64,000 bases of DNA, taken from the NCBI RefSeq assembly GCF_009914755.1, contig NC_060928.1. The stretch is one strand, 5' to 3'. Below, one piece after another: positions 15,136 to 34,612 of the stretch. The DNA is from the human T2T-CHM13v2.0 reference genome, Homo sapiens. Positions within the stretch are counted from its first letter, which is position 1; the number at the start of each line of letters is the position of its first letter. A program made the position numbers and the translations under genes. The notes under the pieces were generated by a model that was given only the letters and a program-made list of their open reading frames with translations, made no database searches and had not been told where the DNA came from.

Positions 15136-15471
<336 letters not shown>

Positions 15472-15782
15472 TGATTCGCCCACCTCAGCCTCCGAAAGTG
15501 CTGGGATTACAGGTGTGAGCCACCATGCCCAGCCGACCTGCTGATAGTTTGATAAAACAGAAGTTTTACTTTCTGGAATTTCTACTCATTTTATGTTTTG
15601 GATGGTTTCTCTCTCCGTAAGCATTCAGTATTCTTGAATCTCAAGTTTTGAAAGGAGCCCTAACTTCAAGTCTACTCGCTGGCTTCTTAATGAAGTGAAC
15701 CATTTCTATTGCCCATTTAGTTCTTCCTGAAACCCTGACATTCTGGTGTTCATGTGACTCTTCTTTCCCCCTTGCTACTCAG

Positions 15783-15897
15783 AGAAAGCGTCGTGGTGGA
15801 GCAATAAATTCTAGACAAGCTCAGAAGCGAACTCGGGAAGCAACCTCCACCCCCGAGATCTCCTTGGAAGCAGAACCCATAGAACTCGTGGAAACTG
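15783..15897 (+). CDS. RNF4: RNF4 exon 3 (RKRRGGAINSRQAQKRTREATSTPEISLEAEPIELVET; basic NLS-like stretch and SIM1)
   Basis: Pyrimidine tract + AG at 15781-15782, donor gtaaga at 15898; 115 nt; translation matches the RNF4 N-terminus. Confidence 0.97.
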
Positions 15898-16435
15898 GTA
15901 AGATTGCCAGGGACACTACAACTGTGGGGTGTTAAAGTGGAGAGAGAACACTGTACCAGGGTGAGCTAGTAGAAGGTGCTTTCAGTGTCTTTAGAAGGCC
16001 TATGCAGTCTCACACTCACCATGTACAACTCAAAGCTTCACAGATTCTGAAATAGCTTCTCAACTGGGCTAACTGTTCAACTCTGGTAATGTGCAGCAGT
16101 GGGGTAGGATCCATTTAAAAAAAAATCTAGCGCAAATGAGATAGCCCACCTTTTCTATCTGAAACTGCATCCCCAATTGCTGGACCTTGTAAAGTACTTC
16201 GCTTTCCTCTTCTGTTTTTCATTAGGACATGAAATCACCCAAGAAGGCAAACTTGTCCACAGAGCTCCCTGTGTTGGAGCTTGGTATAGGCAGAGGCCAG
16301 ATTGGATTTCCCCTTCTGCCTGCTCAAGAAGTGGTTGATGGCTGGCCTAAGTCCCTTTGCTCTGCATATATTGTTTTTATAACTAGGATACCTGCAAACT
16401 GGCATTTTATTTTTACTTATTTATTTTTGAGATAG

Positions 16436-16615
<180 letters not shown>

Positions 16616-16837
16616 TAGCCAGGATGGTCTCGATCTCCTGACCTTGTGATCCACCCGTCTCGGCCTCCCAAAGTGCTGGTATTACAGGCGTGAGCCACTG
16701 CACCCGGCCATGCAAACTCGCGTTTTAAACAGAAGAAACTTAGTGCAAGATAAATTTCATGGGCCCCCCAGGAGAAATGAAGTTCTCTATATGGTCTCTG
16801 AGTTTCACTTCTACAAATGAGTTCTTGAAAGCCTTGA

Positions 16838-17176
<339 letters not shown>

Positions 17177-17446
17177 TGATCTCGAACTCCTGACCTCAGA
17201 TTATCCACCTGCCTTGGCCTCCCAAAGTGCTGGGATTACAGGCCTGAGCCACCCGCCTGGCCTAGAGCACTGTTTTTGTAAGAGCCCAGAATTGTGTTCA
17301 CCAGAAAGAGAATGGTTCAATAAATTGTTGTATATCAGTATATGGACTGTTGGACAGCCCTTCTTTTTAATAAAGAATGCAATAATTTTATATAAATTAT
17401 ATTGTATATGTAAGATTATCACGGTTTTTATTCTTGTGAAACTTTA

Positions 17447-18016
<570 letters not shown>

Positions 18017-18052
18017 TTAGACCAATACTGTTTCTTAAAAAACTTCATTTAG

Positions 18053-18508
<456 letters not shown>

Positions 18509-19436
18509 TAAGGGCTGAAAGGCAAGCTTCACAACAGATGCAACCCATTTTGTATGTTGAGGTTCTAGCTATCAGTATATATCACTGTTATTCTCCATCC
18601 AACTAGGGAGACAAACTTGAGAGATAAATGGAAATTAAAAGTTTGTCCTTGGCCGGGCACGGTGGCTCACGCCTGTAATCCCAACACTTTGGAAGACTGA
18701 AGTGGGTGGATCACAAGGTCAGGAGTTCAAGACCAGCCTGGCCAAGATGGTGAAACCCCATCTCTACTAAAAATACAAACAAAATTAGCCAGGCATGCTG
18801 CCAGGCGCCTGTAATCCCAACTACTCGGGAGGCTGAGACAGAGAATTGCTTGAACCCAGGAGGCGGAGGTTGCAGTGAGCCAAGATCGCACCACTGCACT
18901 CCAGCCTTGGCGACAGAGCGAGACTCTGTCTCAAAAAAAAAAAAAAAAAAAAAGAATTTGCCCTAGATTAACCGATGAAGTTACTAAGCTAAGCCTGACT
19001 TTTGGTCCTTGGGCCAAGTGAGAGTGGTCAGCTTCACCTGCTGGGAGGAGCAGAGGTTTCAGGCTAGTCCATCCCAAAGAGAAAGGCCTGGGGCTGGGCA
19101 TGCATGGTGCGTTCTCCCAGATGGGGCACAGAGGCATAGCCGTGTGGAAGTGGGATGCCGTGGAATAGAGGTATGCACATGCGCACACATACATAACCCC
19201 CCAGGTACATTTGTAAAAACCATACCTCCCCACTCAGAGCAGAATTCTGGAAGGGTGGTTACTGGCTTTCCCTCCTGAGGGAGGTGTTGGTCCTGGTGCT
19301 CTTTGCAGTGTATACTTCAGGATTGTTTTAGTTTGGGGTAAGCCTATATTACATTAGCAGTCATACTAAAGTGTAGAGGGATACAACCTTACTTTCCTCT
19401 TAATCTTAATGCTTGTTGAAATACTTTCTTTTGAAG

Positions 19437-19516
19437 CTGGAGATGAAATTGTGGACCTCACTTGTGAATCTTTAGAGCCTGTGGTGGTTGATCTGACTCA
19501 CAATGACTCTGTTGTG
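19437..19516 (+). CDS. RNF4: RNF4 exon 4 (AGDEIVDLTCESLEPVVVDLTHNDSVV; SIM2, SIM3, first half of SIM4)
   Basis: Acceptor tactttcttttgaag, donor gtaagt at 19517; 80 nt; tandem V/I-V-D-L-T SUMO-interacting motifs. Confidence 0.97.
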
Positions 19517-21181
19517 GTAAGTGTTGGAGTGTGAGAGTCGGCTGTTTCTTGGGTATGGGTCCCTGGCCAGTGCCAGCATCTGACAGCCTTGGTCACAGAC
19601 TCCAAGTCAAGGTTACAGCTTATGCTAAAGAAGTTCATGCATCTTGTGGAATTGAGCTTTTAGAAAGAAAATAAACAGTAACAATAATAATAACAAAGAA
19701 GTTCATGCATTCAGTGACGAGAGCCCAAAATGAAAAATGTTTCTGGAAAATCATTTGTTATAGCCTTGTCGCCTATGGAGTAGGTCTGTGTAACCTGACC
19801 TTGCCACACCTGGGCACAAAAGTGGTTTGGGGAGAATCTCAAGACCCCCACATCTGTCTTCAGTCCCTGATTCCACAGTTTACACCAGCTGTGTGACCTT
19901 GGGCATGTGACTTAGCCTCATTCACTTTCCATGAAATGGGGACAGGTCACTCATGTCAGCAGGGCATGGTGTAAGACATCTTACAACAGATGCCGTGTTT
20001 GAGTGCCTGACACCTAGAATGGTGCCCAGTCACTGTGAGTGTATGCCCTCCCAACTGAAAGGAAAGGGAACGTTGGCTCAGCACTGCCCATGGGAAATCT
20101 CTCAAGTTCCAAAAGTGCCTGCTACTTAGCATGGCCTCAGGGGATGCAGGCTCCCTGCATTGCCACCTGATGCCTGCTGCGTCCTGATGCCAGGGAGGCT
20201 GGAGCCCAGGAGGCTGCCTGTGTCCCTGTCTCATGGCACCGGTTACAGACTGCAGGGGACGTGTGTATACGTGTCCTGCCTGCCAGGAGGGAGGCCTTGT
20301 CTGGTCAGAGGACACACGGAGAAGCTATTTCTGATAGACCTGTTTCATGGTGCATGCAGGTCTGGGAATCTGGTCAGCATCTTAAGGGCAAGTTTGCCTC
20401 TGGAAGATGCCACTTGAGTGTTTTCTGACAGTGTGCTCGGAACACAGGTCGGGGTGGGGGCACACTTGGCAGCATTGGCAGTGGGGTGGTAAGTGCTGCT
20501 GAGGAGGACTGTGGGGTGTGGGGGCTGCTAGTAGCTGAGTCTTCGCCTTGGCCCTGGGCTCACTGGTGTTGGGGTTATCCTGTTTGGCTGATGCCTGGGT
20601 ATCTGAATAGGGACACCCCATAGGTGTTGCTTCTTAGTTGTGCTGAGAACTTCAGAATAGGGTTATACTGAGAAGTTTCAAGACTTCAATGCAAAGAAAA
20701 GGACAGGGATGGAAAACCATCTGAGATAAGCAGCAGTGGGTTTAGTTGTACGTGGTCCCTGCTTAGGTCTCATTAACGTGTTTTCTGAGGTACATACACA
20801 CATATGACTTTGCTTATCATCCCTGTGTCCTGCATGGAGTTCTGGAAAGATAACTAATTTGGTATATTAGCTGGCAGCTACAGCACAGTCACTGATTTTT
20901 CCCCTCTTTCTTTTTCCCAGCTGACACCTTGGTTTCACCAGTTGCTCATTAAAGCTGGAAAGTGGTGTCTGCAGAAGTTTTTTTGTTTTTTGTTTTTTGT
21001 TTTTCTTGAATACTCAGTGTTCACCACAGTCTTCTTGGCCTTCTCTCTGCCAGACCCTGAGGAGAGAGCTAGGATTTTGACTGCAGGAAGACAATGATTG
21101 ATTGGCTTTTGTTGGCTGACAAACCAACATCATTTCCCCTTTCACACTTGTGTTTTCTTTTGCTTTAGAAACAGGGTCTCA

Positions 21182-28311
<7,130 letters not shown>

Positions 28312-29971
28312 TGAAGACTCATCTGGAAGCTGTTTTTCTCTCATTAAAAGCGGGGACAGTCAGAATTGTTACCAGTGAGGAAACACTCTGGCGACCCTGT
28401 TCTTATGCACCCCAGTAGTTGTGTGTGTATCACCTGCTGCTTGCCAGCAGCCCCTGGGCTCAGTGCTCAGGACAGGCCTCAGTTTGGTACCATCCACAGG
28501 CAAGCTGGGTATGACTCACAAGAGACCATAAAGACTCAGTACGCGCACTGTCATGGCTGGGGCACTGGGAGTGTCATACCCTTTCCAGGTGTCCACACCT
28601 AATTAGTGGGTCATCTTGGCAGAGGGTGGGGGCATGTTGGAGCTGTAGAAAGCTGGGGTCATTTCTAGCCACAGAAGAATTTGCTTTTGCTCCCAGCTAA
28701 ACCCAAGGCTTTCCCCAAGGGCCAGCACTGTTACCAGAGCCTCCTTTTCTAGATTTCATGCGGACAGTACATTGTGCCGGCCCTGGTAAGTTTGGTCCTG
28801 ATGGTGAGGTTGACTGATTGTCCCCAGATTTCCCTTTTCACCGTCTGCAGTCTCCTCTAAGAGGAAAGGGGAGCACGTTTCAGTGGCTCCACGTATGTGG
28901 ATTATATTCTCATCCTCAAATCAAAGACCTTTATACTCAGTCCTGCATTCTTCCTGCATGGCCGTTTGTGTATGTCAGGATGCCATTTGGGAAACAAAAT
29001 CCACTCTAATTATTCCTAAGCTTAGTGGATTTTAACATGGAAGGAGAAGCCTAAATCAGCAGTGTCTGGGCTGGGTCTCCAGGAATAACTCTTGACCTCG
29101 AAGCATTGACCCACCTAGGGAGCTGCTGTGTCTGCTCCATGAAGAAGGTCTGGAGGCGGCATCCACCCCCTGCACTCATATCTTTGGGTTCGTGTAGACA
29201 GTACTGCAGACCCTTTCTAGGGAGGAGAGGCCTGGGCTCAAGACATAGCAGCCTCTGCCAGAAGTGTTTCTTCAGGATGCAGCTGTGCCTGCCAGTGCCA
29301 ACACCCTCAGCAGCTCAAATCGGCCTCCATCCCCTGCCCTGCCAGTAGCATGAGTGTGTCTGTTTGAGGGAACTCGGTTCACGTCTAGGATCCTGGCTGC
29401 ACGGGAGTCAGAGTAGAGGATTAGAGCTTCTTGTCACTGTAGGGCAGGATGTCCTGCCCAGGGGACAGGCAGGGTGAGGTGAGCAGTAGGGCTTTGGTGG
29501 TGAGAACTTTCCTGAAACAGCCCCTCCTACGTGCTCAGCAAGAGGGAAAGGGCGTTCCACTGGCCCCCCTAGATGGGTAAGAGCACTTGGCCAGAAGGTG
29601 GGAGGAACCACGTTTGAAACTGTTGGAGCAGAAATTGTCTAGATGTAAGTTCTGAGCTGGCAGGTGAGAGGCTTGTCAGGTTCTTAGGCCCCCAGGACAG
29701 AGAATTGGATTGTGTTCAATCCTTGGTGTGTGTCACACGCATTGGTCATGCATAGCCTGCTTTTCTCTGTTAGTTACTTGTAACAACCTACTGAGCAATG
29801 CAAATCCTCCTCCACATGAAGGCTCCACCTTGGCAGTGGCCTACATTGGTCGCGTCAGCTTGAGAGAGCATCATGCCCCTAGTGCTGTCTAAATGTTCAC
29901 TGCCTCACGTAACCCTCACAACAGCACAGTCAGATGTGGGCTCTGGTGACTCTGCTTCAGAAGAGAAAGCT

Positions 29972-30459
29972 GCAGCCCCCAGATAGTAAGTAAGGTCCCC
30001 AGGTCTTGCAGTCAGCACATGGTGTGGCTGTGGCAGCCCCCAGATAGTAAGGAAGGTCCCCAGGTCTTGCAGTCAGCACATGGTGTGGCTGTGGCAGCCC
30101 CCAGATAGTAAGGAAGGTCCCCAGGTCTTGCAGTCAGCACATGGTGTGGCTGTGGCAGCCCCCAGATAGTAAGGAAGGTCCCCAGGTCTTGCAGTCAGCA
30201 CATGGTGTGGCTGTGGCAGCCCCCAGATAGTAAGGAAGGTCCCCAGGTCTTGCAGTCAGCACATGGTGTGGCTGTGGCAGCCCCCAGATAGTAAGGAAGG
30301 TCCCCAGGTCTTGCAGTCAGCACATGGTGTGGCTGTGGCAGCCCCCAGATAGTAAGGAAGGTCCCCAGGTCTTGCAGTCAGCACATGGTGTGGCTGTGGC
30401 AGCCCCCAGATAGTAAGGAAGGTCCCCAGGTCTTGCAGTCAGCACATGGTGTGGCTGTG
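29972..30459. repeat. Minisatellite/VNTR, 8 x 61 bp
   Basis: Unit GCAGCCCCCAGATAGTAAGGAAGGTCCCCAGGTCTTGCAGTCAGCACATGGTGTGGCTGTG starts at 29972, 30033, 30094, 30155, 30216, 30277, 30338, 30399; only copy 1 differs (T at 29991). Confidence 0.97.
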
Positions 30460-30730
30460 GCTGTGTTCACGCTCCAGGAGACTCCACTAAACACCCAGCA
30501 GGGAGAGACACAGCACATCAGCTGGGAGGTGGAGTGACTTGGGAAGTGGGCTTGACTGACTGGGAGAGGTGCACAGATCCTCTGTGGGTGGGAGGAGGGT
30601 GGGGCCTCTGCTGCTCACCAGAGGGTTCCACAGAGGGTGTCACACGTCAGAAAAAAGAAATGGCTTCATTTATCACTTATATCAAACTGATTGCTTCTTT
30701 CTCTTTTGTTTTTCTCCTTCTGTTTACAAG

Positions 30731-30740
30731 ATTGTTGACG
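30731..30740 (+). CDS. RNF4: RNF4 exon 5, 10-nt micro-exon (I-V-D + 1 nt)
   Basis: Long pyrimidine tract ending tttacaag | ATTGTTGACG | gtgagt; needed to keep frame between exon 4 (phase 0) and exon 6 (phase 1) and to give ...SVVIVDERRR... Confidence 0.93.
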
Positions 30741-31212
30741 GTGAGTGGTTTCGTTTCCTTTTTCACTGGGTTTGGAGAGGAAACTGGCATAGGTGAGAGC
30801 CGCGGTGCTGCAGGTCTTGCCAGACCATCCCCAAGGGCTTGGAGCGCTCCAAGCAGGAAGATGCCTTCGCAGATGCTGTGGTCAGACCCGCACAGCCAGT
30901 CCCCCTTGTGCCTGCTGAAGAAACTTCACCACTATCATTGAGCACTGAGCTATAGTCCTTTCTTGTGGCCTACCAGATTTTGGAGAAGGCTGGTAGCTCA
31001 CAGCAGGGGTTGGGGGGTTTCTCCTGGGAAGATAAGATAGTGGCCTCCAGAGCTGGGCAGAACCTTCTGGGTTATAGCTGAGCATGGCAGCAGTTTGTCT
31101 CTGGGGGTCCCAGGCAGGGAAGGAAGAGGGTCTTAAGAGGCGTCAGGATGGGAGTGGTGAGGATGGTAAGAGTAGAGAGCCTCCAACCTGAAAATGTGAC
31201 CTCTTACCTTAG

Positions 31213-31372
31213 AAAGAAGAAGACCAAGGAGGAATGCTAGGAGGCTGCCCCAGGACCATGCTGACAGCTGTGTGGTGAGCAGTGACGATGAGGAGTTGTC
31301 CAGGGACAGAGACGTATATGTGACTACCCATACTCCCAGAAACGCCAGGGATGAGGGCGCTACAGGCCTCAG
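31213..31372 (+). CDS. RNF4: RNF4 exon 6 (ERRRPRRNARRLPQDHADSCVVSSDDEELSRDRDVYVTTHTPRNARDEGATGLR; arginine-rich motif and linker)
   Basis: Acceptor ctcttaccttag, donor gtacca at 31373; 160 nt; partly visible in ORF 31272..31454. Confidence 0.96.
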
Positions 31373-31857
31373 GTACCAACGTGCCCCCAGCTCTGCTGCC
31401 GCCATGCTAGGATGTGGGGCCAGGGCATGGGAATACTTTTCAGCAAATCTGTGAGCCCTTGGCCCTGGAAGGGCTTGCCCAAGCCTCTACCCAGCATCTG
31501 GATACAGTTGGAACTGGGTCCAGAACTGAGTCCAGCTATTCCCACTGTAACCAGAGGATGCCAAGCGCTGACACAGTGTGTGCAGACAGTCCCAGTGGCC
31601 CCAGACAGGGATCCTGGGGCTGGTAGGGGCCTGGGGGAGGGCAGGGTGACTCAGGTTGTGTGCACCTTCTCATGTTCACCCTCCCACATGCCCTTGGGGC
31701 AGTTGGCTTTCCTGAAAGTCTCTCGGATGCCCGCGCTAAGGCAGAGTCAGGAGGCCAGGGACGGGACTCTTGTAGGGGATAGGGGCCACTCACGTGACAG
31801 GGTATAATAAAATGTTTGCGTTGACTGAGAAACTAACGTGAAGCACTGTGCTCTTAG

Positions 31858-31906
31858 GCCCTCAGGTACTGTCAGTTGTCCCATCTGCATGGACGGATAC
31901 TCAGAG
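31858..31906 (+). CDS. RNF4: RNF4 exon 7 (PSGTVSCPICMDGYSE; start of RING domain)
   Basis: Branch-point consensus ctaac at 31833-31837, acceptor ctcttag, donor gtaagt at 31907; 49 nt; CxxC. Confidence 0.97.
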
Positions 31907-32444
31907 GTAAGTAAACCAAGCTGTATCTTCCAGGCTTCTGGTTTCTAAACTTCACTGAAAGAATTGGATGAGACAGGATCTTCCCCCTCGGTGGGATTGG
32001 ACACCCCTACTCACAGTCATGCCTGGGCCGTCACTTATTGCAGATCTGCCTGTGAGGGGAGAATGTGCCAGTTTCTCCTTGGACCCTACAACTTTCACCT
32101 TCAGCCCCTATACTCCTGTATGCCCTGAGCTTCCGGGTGCAAATGCGTCCTCCTTTTTTGTGCCCCATCCTGGCTCTAACTGAAAGCTGCTAGTGTTTAC
32201 TGGGGTCCCTCATAACCCTCTTGGGCTGTCACACTGTTGAGATGCCATGGCCCCTGCCTCCTGCTCTCCAGCTGAGAGAGACCACAGCAGACACAGTTAG
32301 CTCTCCAGACCCCTCCCTGTTGTAGCCTGGCCCTTGCTTTCCTTTAATTAGTCATCTTAGGCATAGGTGGGTGGGATTCTCTGGCCCCATGGCTGCTCTG
32401 GGACAAGGGCAAACTCGGAGGCTCTTCTTTTTAATGCCTTCTAG

Positions 32445-32594
32445 ATCGTGCAGAATGGACGTCTCATCGTTTCCACAGAATGCGGCCATGTCTTCTGTAG
32501 CCAGTGCCTCCGTGATTCCCTGAAGAATGCTAATACTTGCCCAACTTGTAGGAAAAAGATCAACCACAAACGGTACCACCCCATTTATATATGA
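32445..32594 (+). CDS. RNF4: RNF4 last coding exon (IVQNGRLIVSTECGHVFCSQCLRDSLKNANTCPTCRKKINHKRYHPIYI*; rest of C3HC4 RING)
   Basis: Acceptor ttaatgccttctag; C-G-H-x-F-C-x-x-C...C-P-x-C RING pattern; TGA at 32592-32594; exon lengths sum to 573 nt. Confidence 0.97.
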   Translation: MVQNGRLIVSTECGHVFCSQCLRDSLKNANTCPTCRKKINHKRYHPIYI

Positions 32595-33212
32595 AGTATT
32601 CAGAGCCCCCCAGGAGAGACGGATGGACAGACAGACAGCCAGGTTCTCCAGTGGTATCTGCCTCCATTTTCCTGAGATCAAAAAGACTGTTTCGAAACCA
32701 ACATCTGATATGTAAACTGCTCTTTTGTTTCCAACCCCTTCCTTTTGTTATCTCCAGTTTGATGCTATGGCGCTGGACCCAGGGCCCTCCCAGGCCATCT
32801 CTGTTCCTCTGGGGTGGTCCAGTTCTAGAGTGGGAGAAAGGGAGTCAGGCGCATTGGGAATCGTGGTTCCAGTCTGGTTGCAGAATCTGCACATTTGCCA
32901 AGAAATTTTCCCTGTTTGGAAAGTTTGCCCCAGCTTTCCCGGGCACACCACCTTTTGTCCCAAGTGTCTGCCGGTCGACCAATCTGCCTGCCACACATTG
33001 ACCAAGCCAGACCCGGTTCACCCAGCTCGAGGATCCCAGGTTGAAGAGTGGCCCCTTGAGGCCCTGGAAAGACCAATCACTGGACTTCTTCCCTTGAGAG
33101 TCAGAGGTCACCCGTGATTCTGCCTGCACCTTATCATTGATCTGCAGTGATTTCTGCAAATCAAGAGAAACTCTGCAGGGCACTCCCCTGTTTCCTAAGA
33201 ACGAAAAAGTGC

Positions 33213-33218
33213 AATAAA
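33213..33218 (+). terminator. Candidate proximal polyadenylation signal AATAAA in RNF4 3'UTR
   Basis: Canonical hexamer ~620 nt after the stop; downstream element only weakly U-rich. Confidence 0.45.
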
Positions 33219-34606
33219 GGCCATTCGTTACCTACTTTTCAGCAGCCCACAAGATGTAGCACTATTAGTGTCCCCCTCAGAGGCTTAATGTTGCCTGTGG
33301 AGCAGTGCCCATCCCAGCCCGTTTCTGCCCACCAGTTGTTCTCAGGAACCTTACCCATGCTCCAGCGTCCTTCACCTGGCACAGGACATGCAAGATAAAT
33401 AGGGCAGGCACGTGTTTGGGTGTCCTCTCTTTTCTGATAAAATCCATCCCGTGTTTGCCACACGCCCTCCAGTCCTCAGTTCCCACTGCCTAACGTCTGC
33501 CCCCGTGTAGATACTGAGAGGTGGTGGCAGTAATTGTGGCCTTATCAGCCGCTCAGTTCCAGGCTTTTGCCCAGGTCACTGTTGCCCCATGTTCGGAGAA
33601 CCTGGCCCACCTGTCTTGGCTTTCTCATCCTTCCCAACCCAGTGCCGTTTATTTCAGAAGCTTCCTGGCCACTGGGCTTGGATGCTTCGGGCTTCTGACT
33701 GCTCCATAGGTTTTGACTGGTGAAACAGGGGCCCAGATGACAACCTCTCCTTCGCTCCACAGGTACGCGGGAGCCTCAGGTTCTCTCAGGGGCAGCAAAG
33801 TGGCCCAAGCTGCCCCTGACAGCACAGGGCCTGGGGGTGGCTAACGAGAGAGGCCTTACAGTGCCGGCATGCCTCCTCTTCCACTGTCGTCCTTCCTCAG
33901 AGGGCCTCACGCCAAACAAACGGCCTTTTCGTGTGAAACATCTTCAGGGCGGGAAAGGGGCCACTTCTGGCTTTGTTAGCAATAACTGACCTTCAGTTTA
34001 CCCTTCTGAAGGAGCAGGGACTCAGCACAGAATTCACTTTAGACGGGGCTGAAGGAGTGTCCCTCCTCTATGTGAAAAGAAAATTGTTTTATTCTTCATT
34101 CTGACTTTTTAACTGTTTGGCTCACTTCCAGTTAGTTTGAATGAAAATAATAATTTTCTACTTGGAGTTGAAGAGGGCAGAATCCGCAGCTCTCATCATT
34201 GTGATGTGTAGCATGTCTGCCCTCTGACTGGACATCATTGCCATTAACTTTCTTCTGGGCATCACGGCAGTGTCACGATGCCCAGACTTGGAGCAAGGCA
34301 ACCTTGGAGTCAGTCCACTCATAAAATATGGTAACACCCATTTTAAAATTTAAGTTTTGTCCTTAAAGACAACTTCAGTGGTTAATTATAAAAGTTGTGT
34401 TACTTCGTCCTAAATTAAATTGATAGAAAGATTTAAAAATGTGTTTTGTTTCTACTATTCAGAAACTGCGAACTAGGGAAAGGTTGGTATGAAAAAATGT
34501 CTTTCCTTTTTTCAATGTACATAGTTCAACTCTTTCTTTGTTACATTTAAACTATATCCATGGATATCAGTCTGCTTTGGACTCCTCTGCTAGTGTTACA
34601 GATGGA

Positions 34607-34612
34607 AATAAA
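34607..34612 (+). terminator. Distal polyadenylation signal AATAAA of RNF4
   Basis: gga-AATAAA-acc, with an upstream TGTA (34516) and downstream U-rich tcttttacacattcatttgctcttt. Confidence 0.8.

Noticed and set aside
29972-30459. Possible CRISPR-like array
   Set aside because: Units are contiguous and identical with no unique spacers, no cas genes, and the context is a human intron; it is a minisatellite.
30534-30941. 135-aa ORF with a hydrophobic, membrane-like stretch
   Set aside because: The F/L/S-rich segment is the translation of the micro-exon's polypyrimidine tract.
32591-33760. ORFs in the RNF4 3'UTR (e.g. 32591..33001 starting at an ATG overlapping the stop)
   Set aside because: No recognisable protein features; the ATGA overlap is a natural result of Ile codon ATA + TGA; no support for translation.
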